DNA of 64,000 nt from Paenibacillus sp. (GTDB lineage Bacteria > Bacillota > Bacilli > Paenibacillales > Paenibacillaceae). The stretch covers positions 9,877 to 73,876 of the forward strand of contig DASXLR010000149.1 in NCBI GenBank assembly GCA_036496075.1, given 5' to 3'. The position numbers and the translations under genes were made by a program. Numbering within the stretch: position 1 is the stretch's first letter; each line of letters begins with the position of its first letter. Positions 49,804 through 62,305 of this stretch are shown here, piece by piece. The notes beneath the pieces are model-generated. The model saw nothing but the letters and a program-made list of their open reading frames with translations. It was not told the DNA's origin and ran no database searches.

Positions 49804-49848
49804 ATAAGCAAGGACTCTAGGCGATCATGCCGAAGAGCCCTTGCTTAT
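49804..49848. terminator. Bidirectional terminator
   Basis: ATAAGCAAGG..CCTTGCTTAT. Confidence 0.7.
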
Positions 49849-49872
49849 TATTGTATTTATTATCATGCTTGT

Positions 49873-50898
49873 TTATTTAGCGATTAGATTGTTGACATTA
49901 TCTATTAGCGTCGCCGGAGCTTCTCCAATAGGAAGCATCAAAGAGAAAGGATCTGATGTAGTCGCCGAATACTTCGCAATCGGTTTATAGTCGGCTGAGA
50001 TGTAGGTTACTACGGTAGACTTTGAGATGACCTGGAGGTACATTTGATCAGGATCACCACTGTTTATAGTAAAGTAAACGGTAGCTGTCTTATCTTTATT
50101 GAATTCAATACGTTCAATGGAAGCTGAATAGCCTGAGTTCGGTAGATTATCTACAGTAAGCGATACTTTATTTACGTCAGCGGTAGCTTTCTCTACTTTA
50201 ACAATAGCTTCATAGGATTTCTCAGGTGTCTGTTCTTCTTGTGTAGGGTTGATTTTCTTAGCGAATTCAACAGCATCATAGATCCAAACGGCTGCTTCGG
50301 AGCGTGTGATGGCATCGTTCGGACGGAATGTATCATTCTTGTCCAAAGAAATGAGACTTGCGTTCAAGAGCGTTTGCAGACTGTTTGTAATGTCATGAGA
50401 AAGTTTCTCGCCATCTGCGATGTTAAAGAACATTTTGGTAGTGGCGAAATCTCCCTTAGTAAGTAGAGCCTGATGTAGTAAGTGTGCAAATTGTGCGCGA
50501 GTGATGACTCCATTAGGATTCACTGCCTTATCCACGGATAATCCATTTTGTTGAGCGATCAGGAAGGCTTCAGCGTACCAAGCCTTATCAGCCACTTTGT
50601 CGAAATAATGACTGGCTTTGGATGAACCTGTTGACTGTGAATCTATGGTCAGATCAAAAGCATTGACGAGGAACTGAATTCCTTGAGCAAAAGTTACTTT
50701 AGACTTAGGAGCGAATTTGTCCTTGTTGACACCGCTGATGACTCCAGAAGACTGTAGCGCATTGATCTTATCTGCAGCTGGATTGCCGGACAGATCAGAG
50801 AATGCAAAAGCGGAAGCACTTAAGGATAACGACACTGCTAGGATACCGCAAGCTATCACTGTCTTTCTTGCATTTGTTTTGATTGTTTGTTTCTTCAT
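49873..50898 (-). CDS. SLH-domain surface protein with C-terminal PrcB-like domain
   Basis: Signal peptide; FAPKSKVT, ITRAQFA, FRPNDAITRSEAA; PNSGYS..IE.IEF...YLQVI. Confidence 0.85.
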   Translation of the reverse strand: MKKQTIKTNARKTVIACGILAVSLSLSASAFAFSDLSGNPAADKINALQSSGVISGVNKDKFAPKSKVTFAQGIQFLVNAFDLTIDSQSTGSSKASHYFDKVADKAWYAEAFLIAQQNGLSVDKAVNPNGVITRAQFAHLLHQALLTKGDFATTKMFFNIADGEKLSHDITNSLQTLLNASLISLDKNDTFRPNDAITRSEAAVWIYDAVEFAKKINPTQEEQTPEKSYEAIVKVEKATADVNKVSLTVDNLPNSGYSASIERIEFNKDKTATVYFTINSGDPDQMYLQVISKSTVVTYISADYKPIAKYSATTSDPFSLMLPIGEAPATLIDNVNNLIAK

Positions 50899-50919
50899 TA
50901 TTAATCACCTCTACTACTA

Positions 50920-50948
50920 TAGATGGGATAAATCTCCAAAAGGTTGCA
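50920..50948 (-). promoter_or_regulatory. ECF-sigma-like promoter of the SLH gene
   Basis: Minus strand TGCAAC-N17-CATCTA. Confidence 0.45.
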
Positions 50949-51040
50949 GGTTGGACATAAAGATATTAATTCGTGGTATTTTGTAATACAAATAGAGAAC
51001 GAAAAGGACCCCCTTTCAAGAGCGGCCCTTTTCGTTTAAA

Positions 51041-53099
<2,059 letters not shown>

Positions 53100-53215
53100 G
53101 AGCAGAATCCTTTCTATACGTTTTAGTGACCCTAAATGACAGATCGATTCTGATCCACATCTGAGCCTAAATCCGAATCGTAAGGTGAGATATCATGCTA
53201 GCTTTCATCGGTAAT

Positions 53216-53857
53216 CTATTCCCTTGAGGCTTCGATCAACCAAACGTAGCGGTTGAGCTGTTTGAACGTGACGAAGAACCCGTGACGTGTGAATATGTCT
53301 TTTAACACTCCATGTGTAGTGTAGTATTCTGTTTGTAAATCTTTAAGTAAACGATGGTGACCTCGTGCTTTTACGTGATTCTCTGTATCCTCACGAGCTT
53401 GTTCATCTATAAACGTTGTGTCTGCAAAAACAATTTTTCCAGACTCTCCGAGGAGTTTACTGTAGATAGAAACAGCCTGTTCCTTCTCAATATCCGTCAA
53501 GTGATGGAATGCATAAGTGCTGACAATCGTATCCACATTGTCTTGAATTGTAGGGAAGTCCAGGAAATCTCCGGTAAGTAGGATACAAGGAAGCTCGCGC
53601 TTCTCCATTTGAACACGCATCCCTTCGGAAGGCTCAATACCGTACACCTGTAGTCCTCGTTGTAGTAACTTAAACGTCAGGTTACCTGTGCCAACTCCAA
53701 ATTCAATGACAACGCCAGAAGACAGTGAGGCGACTTCATCCAAAATATGCTCATAGTGTTCAAAAACTTCTCTGTATTCGGGGTCATTCCCTGAAACCGT
53801 CTGGTTGTAATTTTCTGACCATTCATCAAATAAGCCAATAAACTCTCTACCCATCAT
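53216..53857 (-). CDS. yrrT: Class I SAM-dependent methyltransferase (YrrT type)
   Basis: MGREF..LFDEW...Y, EFGVGTGNLT, STYAFHHLTD, DLQTEYY; upstream of mccAB. Confidence 0.85.
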   Translation of the reverse strand: MMGREFIGLFDEWSENYNQTVSGNDPEYREVFEHYEHILDEVASLSSGVVIEFGVGTGNLTFKLLQRGLQVYGIEPSEGMRVQMEKRELPCILLTGDFLDFPTIQDNVDTIVSTYAFHHLTDIEKEQAVSIYSKLLGESGKIVFADTTFIDEQAREDTENHVKARGHHRLLKDLQTEYYTTHGVLKDIFTRHGFFVTFKQLNRYVWLIEASRE

Positions 53858-53896
53858 CTAGCACCCGCCTTTTCGAAGAAATGAGTTTTTTACATG

Positions 53897-53923
53897 TTAT
53901 TCCGATCTATATAATCGGGTTAC
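53897..53923 (-). promoter_or_regulatory. Putative CymR box upstream of yrrT-mccAB
   Basis: Imperfect palindrome TTATTCCGAT-N7-ATCGGGTTA; the orthologous B. subtilis operon is CymR-repressed. Confidence 0.55.
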
Positions 53924-54234
53924 TGAAATTAGAAAATAGAGTATTACATCACTTAATGAATTTGTAAATAATCATAATCATTTTGTATATTATAGTTTCA
54001 TCGAGAAGCAGTTTTTTTAATATAAGAAAGGAAGTGCACAGGTTCTTCAACAGAAGTACTATCATTCTATGAATTGATATTAATTCGTCAAAACAAGTCA
54101 AAATTTAACTTTTTTCACCCTAGTCACATAATATGTTTATTGCTATAATAGGATCAAATTTCAATTAATTTCCAGATTAATGAAAAGAGGGAGATTATGT
54201 CTCATGAAGTTAACCAATAAAAGAGAGGGGGACG

Positions 54235-54777
54235 ATGATATTGCATAATAATTTCTATGCTGGAATGATACATCTCAAAAATAGCGAGTTCGAGTTGGCA
54301 CGTGAATTTTTCCAACAAATCGTTGATGTCGAACCTGATAACGCTGAGGCACATGCTTGGCTCGCAGCGACTTACGGGCGATTGATGGAATTCGGAAGCA
54401 TGCTGGAGAAGATGGCTCTTCTACCGATCTTCGAGCACGAAGTGGCTACGGCGTTAGAATTGAATTCCGAACTTGTATTGGCTCGTCAAGTTAATGGTTT
54501 AAGGTTGCTTCTTACGCCTACGGATTTCGGCGGTGACCCAGAAAAGGCGGTGCGGGAACTAGAATATGCCATAAAGAATGGCGTCTGTGAATGTGAAGTG
54601 TTCTATGCGCTTGGTTTAGCGTATCTGGCAACGGAAGACGAGGTAAGAGCCGCTAACGCCTTCGCTCAGGCATTGGAGTGTGATCCGAAGCATGTTTCAG
54701 CACAGCAGCAGATCGAGTTTCTACATAAAGAGTTTACTCATCAATCTATTGAATTTAGAAACATGAAGACACAGTAG
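54235..54777 (+). CDS. Tetratricopeptide repeat protein
   Basis: A..FF......EPDNAEAH.WLA..YG; Y.LGLAY......A...F..AL..DP. Confidence 0.8.
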   Translation: MILHNNFYAGMIHLKNSEFELAREFFQQIVDVEPDNAEAHAWLAATYGRLMEFGSMLEKMALLPIFEHEVATALELNSELVLARQVNGLRLLLTPTDFGGDPEKAVRELEYAIKNGVCECEVFYALGLAYLATEDEVRAANAFAQALECDPKHVSAQQQIEFLHKEFTHQSIEFRNMKTQ

Positions 54778-54796
54778 GACAACATTACATAACAAT

Positions 54797-54828
54797 AAAA
54801 CCACTGCCCCATAGGGACAGTGGTTTTC
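54797..54828. terminator. Bidirectional terminator
   Basis: AAAACCACTG..CAGTGGTTTT. Confidence 0.75.
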
Positions 54829-54841
54829 GGTTGATTCAATA

Positions 54842-55699
54842 TTATTTAGCGCTATCTAAGGCTTCTTGGGGTACTTTAATTTCTTTAACGCCGTTATGGT
54901 TGCTTAATTTACTGTTCATGTCCATCACCATAGCGATCTTTTGACCTTCGATTTCCATGTCCATTTCCATCGCTACAGTCGTGTCGACAGGGAAATATGT
55001 TTTCTTGTCAACGGAATAGGACATTTCCATACTTTTGATATCCATTTGCTCAAGAAGCTGGGCCGTTTGTGGGTCGTTTCCTGCGTTCTGATTCAAGAAG
55101 CTCTTAGCGAGTTCTTTCACGTTGGCACCTGATACGTTAGCTTTGAGCAAGTAGAAGTCACCTTCTTCAGTTACTTTTACTTCGTCTATGATGGCATTGA
55201 ATTGTTCGAATTGTTGTTCGGGGTTTCCTTGTGACTTCATTTGCGCTAATAGTGGAGCGGCAGATTCATCGGGTAGCTTCATCCAAGTGCCACCGATAGA
55301 AGTGTAGATTCCGTCCGTTGTAATGTATTGTTTAATATCTTGTGCTGCATCTACACCAGGCGTAGTCATCTTAATTTCTTGATATACGGCAAAAGGTTCT
55401 TTAACCGTATCCGTCTTCATCTTCATATTAACCTTTTGCTCTTGCTTTTGATCATTCATGCTCATGACCATGTTTTGATCAATCGTACTTTCCATGGAGA
55501 AACTCTTGAGCTCAGCGCCGGCTGCGGTTACTTTCTCGATTAGTTCTTTCGCGGTAGGAACTTTCGTATCCTCGTTAGGCTTTGCCTCCGCTGTTGTGTT
55601 CGTTCCAGAAGCGGCTGGTGTGTCACTCTTTGCCTCTCCACACGCTGTAAGACTTACTACTAATAATGCCCCTAGTAACAGTGCTGTCCATTTCTTCAA
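54842..55699 (-). CDS. Lipoprotein (DUF6612 / LolA-like fold)
   Basis: Lipobox LTAC; Met-rich beta-strand repeats; C-terminal I.VP.E. Confidence 0.75.
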   Translation of the reverse strand: MKKWTALLLGALLVVSLTACGEAKSDTPAASGTNTTAEAKPNEDTKVPTAKELIEKVTAAGAELKSFSMESTIDQNMVMSMNDQKQEQKVNMKMKTDTVKEPFAVYQEIKMTTPGVDAAQDIKQYITTDGIYTSIGGTWMKLPDESAAPLLAQMKSQGNPEQQFEQFNAIIDEVKVTEEGDFYLLKANVSGANVKELAKSFLNQNAGNDPQTAQLLEQMDIKSMEMSYSVDKKTYFPVDTTVAMEMDMEIEGQKIAMVMDMNSKLSNHNGVKEIKVPQEALDSAK

Positions 55700-55924
55700 A
55701 ATCTAATCCCCCTAAAAATATGTAGTCCACTAATAATAACCAAATTGTAAGCATGGAAACAGAAAATTTTGGAAAATGGGTCTATATACCTAACAAAAAC
55801 GTGACTTAGTCCTATCATTTAACCAATATATTTTCTTTTTTTGCACATAAAAGTAGGTATAATATCACGAAATTATAATTTACAAATAAATGGTATGAAA
55901 TATTCACGGGGGTAAGGTGATAGT

Positions 55925-55969
55925 AAAAACAAGCTAATGCCTATTTCCTAGGCATTAGCTTGTTTTTTT
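55925..55969 (-). terminator. Terminator of the GH85 gene
   Basis: AAAAACAAGCTAATGCCTA..TAGGCATTAGCTTGTTTTT. Confidence 0.8.
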
Positions 55970-55981
55970 AGCATTGTATCG

Positions 55982-58663
55982 TTACTTCTGAACACCGTGA
56001 ACTTCAAATTCATAAATGCGAGCCGCTGAATCGCCACCCTGTGTTCCTTTTAGAACAGTTAATTTGGCGTATCTAGCGTTGGTTACTGGAATGGAGTGGG
56101 TGGTTTCTGCTTTTGTATTTCCTTGAACATGAACGACTTCACTCCACGTTTTTCCGTCTTCACTGACTTCGATTGTGAAGTCACTCGTATTCACGGATGC
56201 ACCTTCTCCGCCCGTTTCTGCATGTTTGATGACGAATTGCTTCAGTCTAGAACTGGAACCGAGATCAACGGTTAACCAGTGAGGCCCTGAACCTACTGCA
56301 CACCATTTACTATTGTCTGTTACTTTACCATCAACCGCAAATTCGGGTGCTTCGCCTTTACTCACAAAGCTACTTGCTGTGGTTGTTTTACCAACTGCTA
56401 TGTTACGTGCTAGGGCGATCTCATCTGTCGTTACGTTTATATAACTGTCTTGTGTGTTCACATCTTGACCGGCACTGTTAGTCGCCGTAAGTGTCACCGG
56501 ATAGATGCCCTCTTTGTCATAATAGACAGTTGGGTTTTTGTCCGTACTCGATAATGGTGTACCACCAGGGAATGACCATAACCGTTGTTCGGTTACTTCA
56601 GAAGAGAGGTCGGTGAAAGTTACTTTTCCACCCGGCATGATGACGAATGTATCGGATGTAAATTTGGCTACGGGTTTCGGGTATTTAGGCCAATCGAAAT
56701 GTACTTGTGTACGTTGTCCTTGTTGGTATTGTTTGTTAACGGCAACGACTTCAAGCGTCGTACGATCTTCTTTGTTATCGCGTTTCATCTGTTGCACGTA
56801 GTAAGCGTTGTTAGCTGTTGCACCTAACCATTCTTTTTGTCCAGATGGAAGAACACGGTAGACTTCATAGTGTTGCACATCGGCATCTAATTTGTCCCAG
56901 ATTAATCTAGCATCGGTGTAAATCCCTTCTTTAAAGTCCGTTTCGTTAATGTTTAGATTGGATACGGCAGGAAGCTTATTAGCGTTATTAGTGTTATAGA
57001 CCGACAATTCGCCAATATGAATCTTGTAATCAGCTATTTCTGTGTCACTAGAGAAGTATAAAGATAGGGAAGAGATCCGTTTACCTGCATATTGATTAAG
57101 AGATAGTTTCTTGGTCGTCCATTTATTTTCTTCTGTTTTTCCAGCATCGAGATATACGATTTGATCGGGTGCATCTGCAAAAGTAATCCCTACTTTTATG
57201 TTGGACGATTTAAACGGTGTATGGTATGTGACTGCAAGTTCAGTGTTCTTCTCCGCTAATAAATCCGTTTTATATAGTTGTACATTTGTTGCGTTGGCTG
57301 TATTTAATGTACCAGCTACTTTCAATGAACTTCCACCGTAATAGGCAGTAGTAAAGTCGATACTTGGTTTTAATGCGGTTCCTTTGCTTTCTGTCATCCA
57401 TCTCCATGTAGGCAAAATATCTTGTAAACTGCGATTGCTCCAAGGTTCTTCTGTCATCCATTGTCCATTTACTGAAAAGAAATGACCATTACCGGTATTG
57501 AAATGAGTAGAGAAGGGTAAGTGGTTAATGGCTGATTGTTCTACAACATAATTAGAGATACCTTTCCAAGCATCCGTTGTTTCTGTGTTATTAGGTGTAC
57601 CATTCGGTCCGACCCAGAACTTGTTTTCTTTCATGTAATATTCATCATGTGTTTTGGAACTGCTGAAAGTCCAGTCTGGCGCATACAAACCGAGAGATAC
57701 TTTGGCATGGTTACCTGTACCCCCTGGGAACAGACCGTCCCAGCTTACTTTGGTGTCGTAGCCATTGGCTTGTACGTCGATACCTGCATACAGATCATAA
57801 GGACTTCGTCCCAGCGCAATTGCTTTGTCACGGGAAGCCTGCATATCTCTCCACCAGAAGTTGAGGAACATGTTGTCGGCTACTGTTTCTGTTTTATTTT
57901 GCAAAAACATCTGGTTTGAATTTGTTAAAGCGTTCTGCCAGTCAATGTTACCTTTGTTGGTCATGGAATCGTACCAGACGATTTGCATGTTGTCTTTTTG
58001 ATGTTTTTTCATATATTGAATCAGTGTTTGCATTTGAAGAGCATCTTCAGGCGTACCGCCTTCTGTTTCTTGATTAATAAACCAGCCATCAAAACCGTAG
58101 TAGTTAGCGACTTCTAGAAGTTTATCCGCTACTGGGAAAGTACCATCTGGTTTTTGTTGCATGAACTCTTTAACCCATTCGTATTTGCCCCCATACACAG
58201 TCGGTGGGAAGAAAATAGTCCCCAGTACAGGTACACCATTCTTATGACCAGCATCAATGACATCTGCACTTGGTGGAACGATAATCCCTTCTCCTGCTGA
58301 TCCTCCCCATGTGATCAGCTTATCGACATATTGCCAATAACCGAATGTGAACGTGTTGAACTCATTCGAACCTTGCGAAGGTGTATTGCTTGTGTGTGGA
58401 TTCATGATGGAAAGTGCCATTACTTTGGGGTCCACGGAAGCTTTCGGATTTACTTTTTGTCCGGAAAAACGATCTGCAAGGGGAATACTGCCTCTGTTAA
58501 ATTTAGCATCTTTGTCTTGACTCGAATTCCAAGTGAGTAAATCCTTTGGATACCAATAAGAAGAATAAGGTTGTTGTGCGTGGCTGCTTGGTGATAATCC
58601 CGCAATGGATGCTGCAAGCACACCTGTTGTGACTAACATTTTGAATTTAAACGGAATATTCAT
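55982..58663 (-). CDS. Secreted GH85 endo-beta-N-acetylglucosaminidase with PKD and CBM32/F5-8 domains
   Basis: WQYVD..WGGS.GEG, GFDGWFINQET, WYDSM, FLNFWW; PKD W.FPGG..NP.V.Y...G.Y.VTLT; ARIYEFEV. Confidence 0.92.
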   Translation of the reverse strand: MNIPFKFKMLVTTGVLAASIAGLSPSSHAQQPYSSYWYPKDLLTWNSSQDKDAKFNRGSIPLADRFSGQKVNPKASVDPKVMALSIMNPHTSNTPSQGSNEFNTFTFGYWQYVDKLITWGGSAGEGIIVPPSADVIDAGHKNGVPVLGTIFFPPTVYGGKYEWVKEFMQQKPDGTFPVADKLLEVANYYGFDGWFINQETEGGTPEDALQMQTLIQYMKKHQKDNMQIVWYDSMTNKGNIDWQNALTNSNQMFLQNKTETVADNMFLNFWWRDMQASRDKAIALGRSPYDLYAGIDVQANGYDTKVSWDGLFPGGTGNHAKVSLGLYAPDWTFSSSKTHDEYYMKENKFWVGPNGTPNNTETTDAWKGISNYVVEQSAINHLPFSTHFNTGNGHFFSVNGQWMTEEPWSNRSLQDILPTWRWMTESKGTALKPSIDFTTAYYGGSSLKVAGTLNTANATNVQLYKTDLLAEKNTELAVTYHTPFKSSNIKVGITFADAPDQIVYLDAGKTEENKWTTKKLSLNQYAGKRISSLSLYFSSDTEIADYKIHIGELSVYNTNNANKLPAVSNLNINETDFKEGIYTDARLIWDKLDADVQHYEVYRVLPSGQKEWLGATANNAYYVQQMKRDNKEDRTTLEVVAVNKQYQQGQRTQVHFDWPKYPKPVAKFTSDTFVIMPGGKVTFTDLSSEVTEQRLWSFPGGTPLSSTDKNPTVYYDKEGIYPVTLTATNSAGQDVNTQDSYINVTTDEIALARNIAVGKTTTASSFVSKGEAPEFAVDGKVTDNSKWCAVGSGPHWLTVDLGSSSRLKQFVIKHAETGGEGASVNTSDFTIEVSEDGKTWSEVVHVQGNTKAETTHSIPVTNARYAKLTVLKGTQGGDSAARIYEFEVHGVQK

Positions 58664-58684
58664 GCAATAACCTCCTACAAGATT

Positions 58685-58698
58685 TGAAAGCGTATTCA
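58685..58698. promoter_or_regulatory. cre (CcpA) site
   Basis: TGAAAGCGTATTCA. Confidence 0.65.
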
Positions 58699-58912
58699 TT
58701 TCTCTACACATATTGTCGTTAAAATCAGTAATAATTGAAAGTTGATAAATGTTAGATTGGGTGGAAAAAACAAAGGTTTATTTAATTGTTGTACATTTTA
58801 ATGTGTAATAACACTATGGGTATGTCAAAAATAAATCCCCTTCCTCTTAACAAAAATGGGTTAAGAGGAGGGTATTTGGGTTAATAAATGATCGTTAAAT
58901 GTGGATTTAATT

Positions 58913-61900
58913 CTATGCGAGCAGTTCGATTTCGAATGTCTTAATTTCGTAAGGATCAAGTACGAACGTAATGACAGGCTCAGTCTGAAGGTCGCCATCA
59001 GGTCGCTCCATTAAATTGCACTCTTGCCATGAGATGATGTTCAAGTCGCTAGTCATATCCATCTGCTTGCGGCTTCCGGAATAGTCGTGAACACGTACAA
59101 TTAATTTATGACCATCCTCAGATTTCTTCACAGCAGACACCATGACCGTATCTGTGGACAGACGAAGTATGGATTTCGTTCTCGCTTCGGCCTGACCCAT
59201 TGTGCTCCGCAGTGGATTGTTAAGGGACCAAGCTTGACGGACGGTTCCACCCTGTAGCCAATCCCCTGAATGTGGCAGAATGGAGTAGGTGAATATATGC
59301 TCGCCTTGATCCGCTTCAGGGTCAGGGTGCACAGCTGATTTGATTAATGACAGACGCATCACGTTATCTTTGATGTCATAACCATATTTGCAGTCGTTCA
59401 TCAAGCTTACGCCATAACCACGATCAGATAAATCTGCCCATTGATGGCCTACGGTTTCGAACCTTGCATAATCCCAGCTTGTATTCCAATGTGTTGGACG
59501 CGTAACATTCCCGAACTGGATGTCGTAAGTAGCTTCCGTAGCGCGTATCGCAACAGGGAAAGCTACTTTCATTAGCTGTTGTCTCTCATGCCAGTCTACC
59601 TTCGTCATGAAATCGATACGACGATGATGCGCATGTAAGATCATTTGCTGCTTAATCGTTGAATCCATGTAGACCCATTTAAATTGTACAACGGATCGCA
59701 GAGGGCCATTCTCTATGACTTCAATGCTACCGCAGTCTGTGACTTCACGCATTTTTTGCTGATAGAAGAGGTCAATGTCCCAGGCTTCATGTGCAAGAGG
59801 TTTATCCTCGAAAATTTGGAAGACGTTACCGTGACTTCCGTTAGCAAGTACTTCACGCTGCTCGTGTATATCATATACGCGTGATAATTGGCCTTGTTCG
59901 TTCCACGCAATTTCGAAGAAAGGAGTCGAAATTCCTTTTTCATGTAACGTAAAGGGTACGTTCAGAAGCTCGGAATTCAGATCCTCTACGAATGAGATGG
60001 TTGTGTATCCGAGTGAAGGAATGTTCGCCACTTCAACGATCCAACGATACCCTTCACGCTGAGCGTATAATCGTTCACCATCTGAACTTTGCCAATGACC
60101 TATTTCCATACCCGTTTCTACAGGGATTTCTACGAGCTCAGTCGATTCCCAGGATGCGTTGTTCCAGATTGTATATGTACCAGCTTCACTTTCGTTCACA
60201 AGTGCCTTCGTAGATTGTTCCCATACGGCCTGACCAATAGCTTCCGCTTGTGCATACTCAATCGTACTGTCTTCATACACTTCGCGAATCGAAGAGCCCG
60301 GAATGATATCATGGAATTGGTTGCGTAGAATAATTCTCCAACCTTCATCCAAATCTGTCTGACGGTAATTCGACCAATCGCCTGCCATGACACTTTGCAG
60401 GGCGTTTAACCATTCCGCTTCGCGGTAAAGAAGTTCAAGCTTTCGGTTCATCCGCTTATTGTATGCTTGGCTTGTGTACGTGCCCCGGTGATACTCCAAG
60501 TAAAGCTCGCCATCCCATACATGGACATAACGATCTGTAGTGGCAACGGTTTTTTGCAGATTACGGAAGTAGTCTCCCGCTGTCCCTGTTTCAATCTTCG
60601 GTAGGCCTGGAAGATCGTTAAGTCTGCGACGCATCTCTAGCATTTCACGGTTAACACCACCGCCACCGTCACCATATCCGTAAGAAAGTAATAGATTGCG
60701 ATTAACTTCTTTATCTCGGTACGTATCCCAAATTCCTTTTACAGTCTTTGGAATGATGCGGCCATTATAGGTGTAGAACCAAGAATCCTCTTCAGACCAA
60801 GGCTCTGGCGTCGTAATAAAGTGTGTTAATACCTCGGTACCATCAATACCACGCCATTGGAACGTATCGTGTGGCATCCGGTTATATTGATTCCAGCTAA
60901 TTTTGGTCGTCATGAACGTATGAATACCTGATTTTTTCAAAATTTGGGGTAAGGACCAGCTGTATCCGAATACGTCTGGCAGCCATAAATAGTCGCACTC
61001 GACACCAAATTCGTTACGTAAGAAGCGTGTTCCATATAGTAATTGACGAACGAGAGACTCTCCTGATGTTAAGTTGCAATCCGCTTCGAGCCACATGCCA
61101 CCGCCAGCTTCCCAGCGTCCTTCGGCTACGCGTTCACGAATATTCTCATAAATTTCAGGATAATCGTTCTTGATATATTCATATAGTTGAGGTTGAGTCT
61201 GTAAGAATGTGTAGTCTGGGAACATTTCCATTAGACGTAGTACGGTAGAGAATGAGCGGGCACACTTCTCGCGCGTGTGCTTCAATTGCCATAACCACGC
61301 GACATCGATGTGCGTATGACCGACACATGTAACGGTGACTGGCGAAGACTTCTCCATTTTATTAATTTCATCACGTAAATAATTACGGGCTTCCTCGATC
61401 GAAGTGTAGAAGGATTCCGAACCTGGACGAGACCAGTCGATAAGGAGAAACGAGCGGTCTACTGCACTAAGAAGAAGTGTGTGCTCAGGCGTTTTTGAAT
61501 CGAGTACATGCAGCGTCTCAAGTACAGCAAGTGCCGTAAAGTAGAAATCATCAGCCACTTCGTCGAGCCAACAGATTTCAGCCATACGAATGCCATGTGT
61601 CTGATCCTTTTTTACACCACCGCCTTCAAGTCCTGACCATAACCGGAACGTAAGCGGAAGATGAGTACCCACCGTTTCATTCGGCAAGAACACTTCCGTA
61701 TGATTGGAATCTACACCTTGATAGGGTTTGCCATTGTAATAGAATAAAGATTCAAATCCGGAATTGTTCCCAGCACCTGTCTCGCCGAAGTCAAATCGGC
61801 CAAGTACTTTGCGTCCTGCCCAAGTGGCGGGTACGTCAATATGGGTTGTTAACCATAAATACAAATCGCGACCTTTCCAGGTATCGCCGACTTGCATCAT

Positions 61901-62050
61901 GGACCAGTCTCCATGAACGGGAGGTTCGGCTGCAATTTCACCTTGTTCGTCAATCATAGAGTTGAAAAAAGGAATGTTTATACGATCCCGGTAACGATAT
62001 TCGGAAATCTCGTGTAGTTGGGAATTAAGTTTACGTTGAGTTAAAAACAT
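58913..62050 (-). CDS. GH38 alpha-mannosidase
   Basis: GHTHIDVAWLW, WLPDVFGYS, GYGDGGGG, ELYLEYHRGTYT, NQFHDIIPGSSI. Confidence 0.95.
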   Translation of the reverse strand: MFLTQRKLNSQLHEISEYRYRDRINIPFFNSMIDEQGEIAAEPPVHGDWSMMQVGDTWKGRDLYLWLTTHIDVPATWAGRKVLGRFDFGETGAGNNSGFESLFYYNGKPYQGVDSNHTEVFLPNETVGTHLPLTFRLWSGLEGGGVKKDQTHGIRMAEICWLDEVADDFYFTALAVLETLHVLDSKTPEHTLLLSAVDRSFLLIDWSRPGSESFYTSIEEARNYLRDEINKMEKSSPVTVTCVGHTHIDVAWLWQLKHTREKCARSFSTVLRLMEMFPDYTFLQTQPQLYEYIKNDYPEIYENIRERVAEGRWEAGGGMWLEADCNLTSGESLVRQLLYGTRFLRNEFGVECDYLWLPDVFGYSWSLPQILKKSGIHTFMTTKISWNQYNRMPHDTFQWRGIDGTEVLTHFITTPEPWSEEDSWFYTYNGRIIPKTVKGIWDTYRDKEVNRNLLLSYGYGDGGGGVNREMLEMRRRLNDLPGLPKIETGTAGDYFRNLQKTVATTDRYVHVWDGELYLEYHRGTYTSQAYNKRMNRKLELLYREAEWLNALQSVMAGDWSNYRQTDLDEGWRIILRNQFHDIIPGSSIREVYEDSTIEYAQAEAIGQAVWEQSTKALVNESEAGTYTIWNNASWESTELVEIPVETGMEIGHWQSSDGERLYAQREGYRWIVEVANIPSLGYTTISFVEDLNSELLNVPFTLHEKGISTPFFEIAWNEQGQLSRVYDIHEQREVLANGSHGNVFQIFEDKPLAHEAWDIDLFYQQKMREVTDCGSIEVIENGPLRSVVQFKWVYMDSTIKQQMILHAHHRRIDFMTKVDWHERQQLMKVAFPVAIRATEATYDIQFGNVTRPTHWNTSWDYARFETVGHQWADLSDRGYGVSLMNDCKYGYDIKDNVMRLSLIKSAVHPDPEADQGEHIFTYSILPHSGDWLQGGTVRQAWSLNNPLRSTMGQAEARTKSILRLSTDTVMVSAVKKSEDGHKLIVRVHDYSGSRKQMDMTSDLNIISWQECNLMERPDGDLQTEPVITFVLDPYEIKTFEIELLA

Positions 62051-62305
62051 GAATAATAGCCTCCCCATATTGTGGTGGGAGACGAGGAAATTAGATCTAA
62101 CGGGTTGTATTAGGGTTGTTGGGGGGATTAGAAATCAACTATAGTCGATTTTGAGCGAGATGTAAACTTGCATGGTGGAGAAAAACAATGCGGGGGAATC
62201 AGAATCCATATTCTATATGTTTTTGAACGCGCTTCCATTGCGGATAAAGAAGGGTGGTGTTAAACTTCTAACCGAAAGAAGTTAGACGGAAAGAAGGCGA
62301 CTTGG

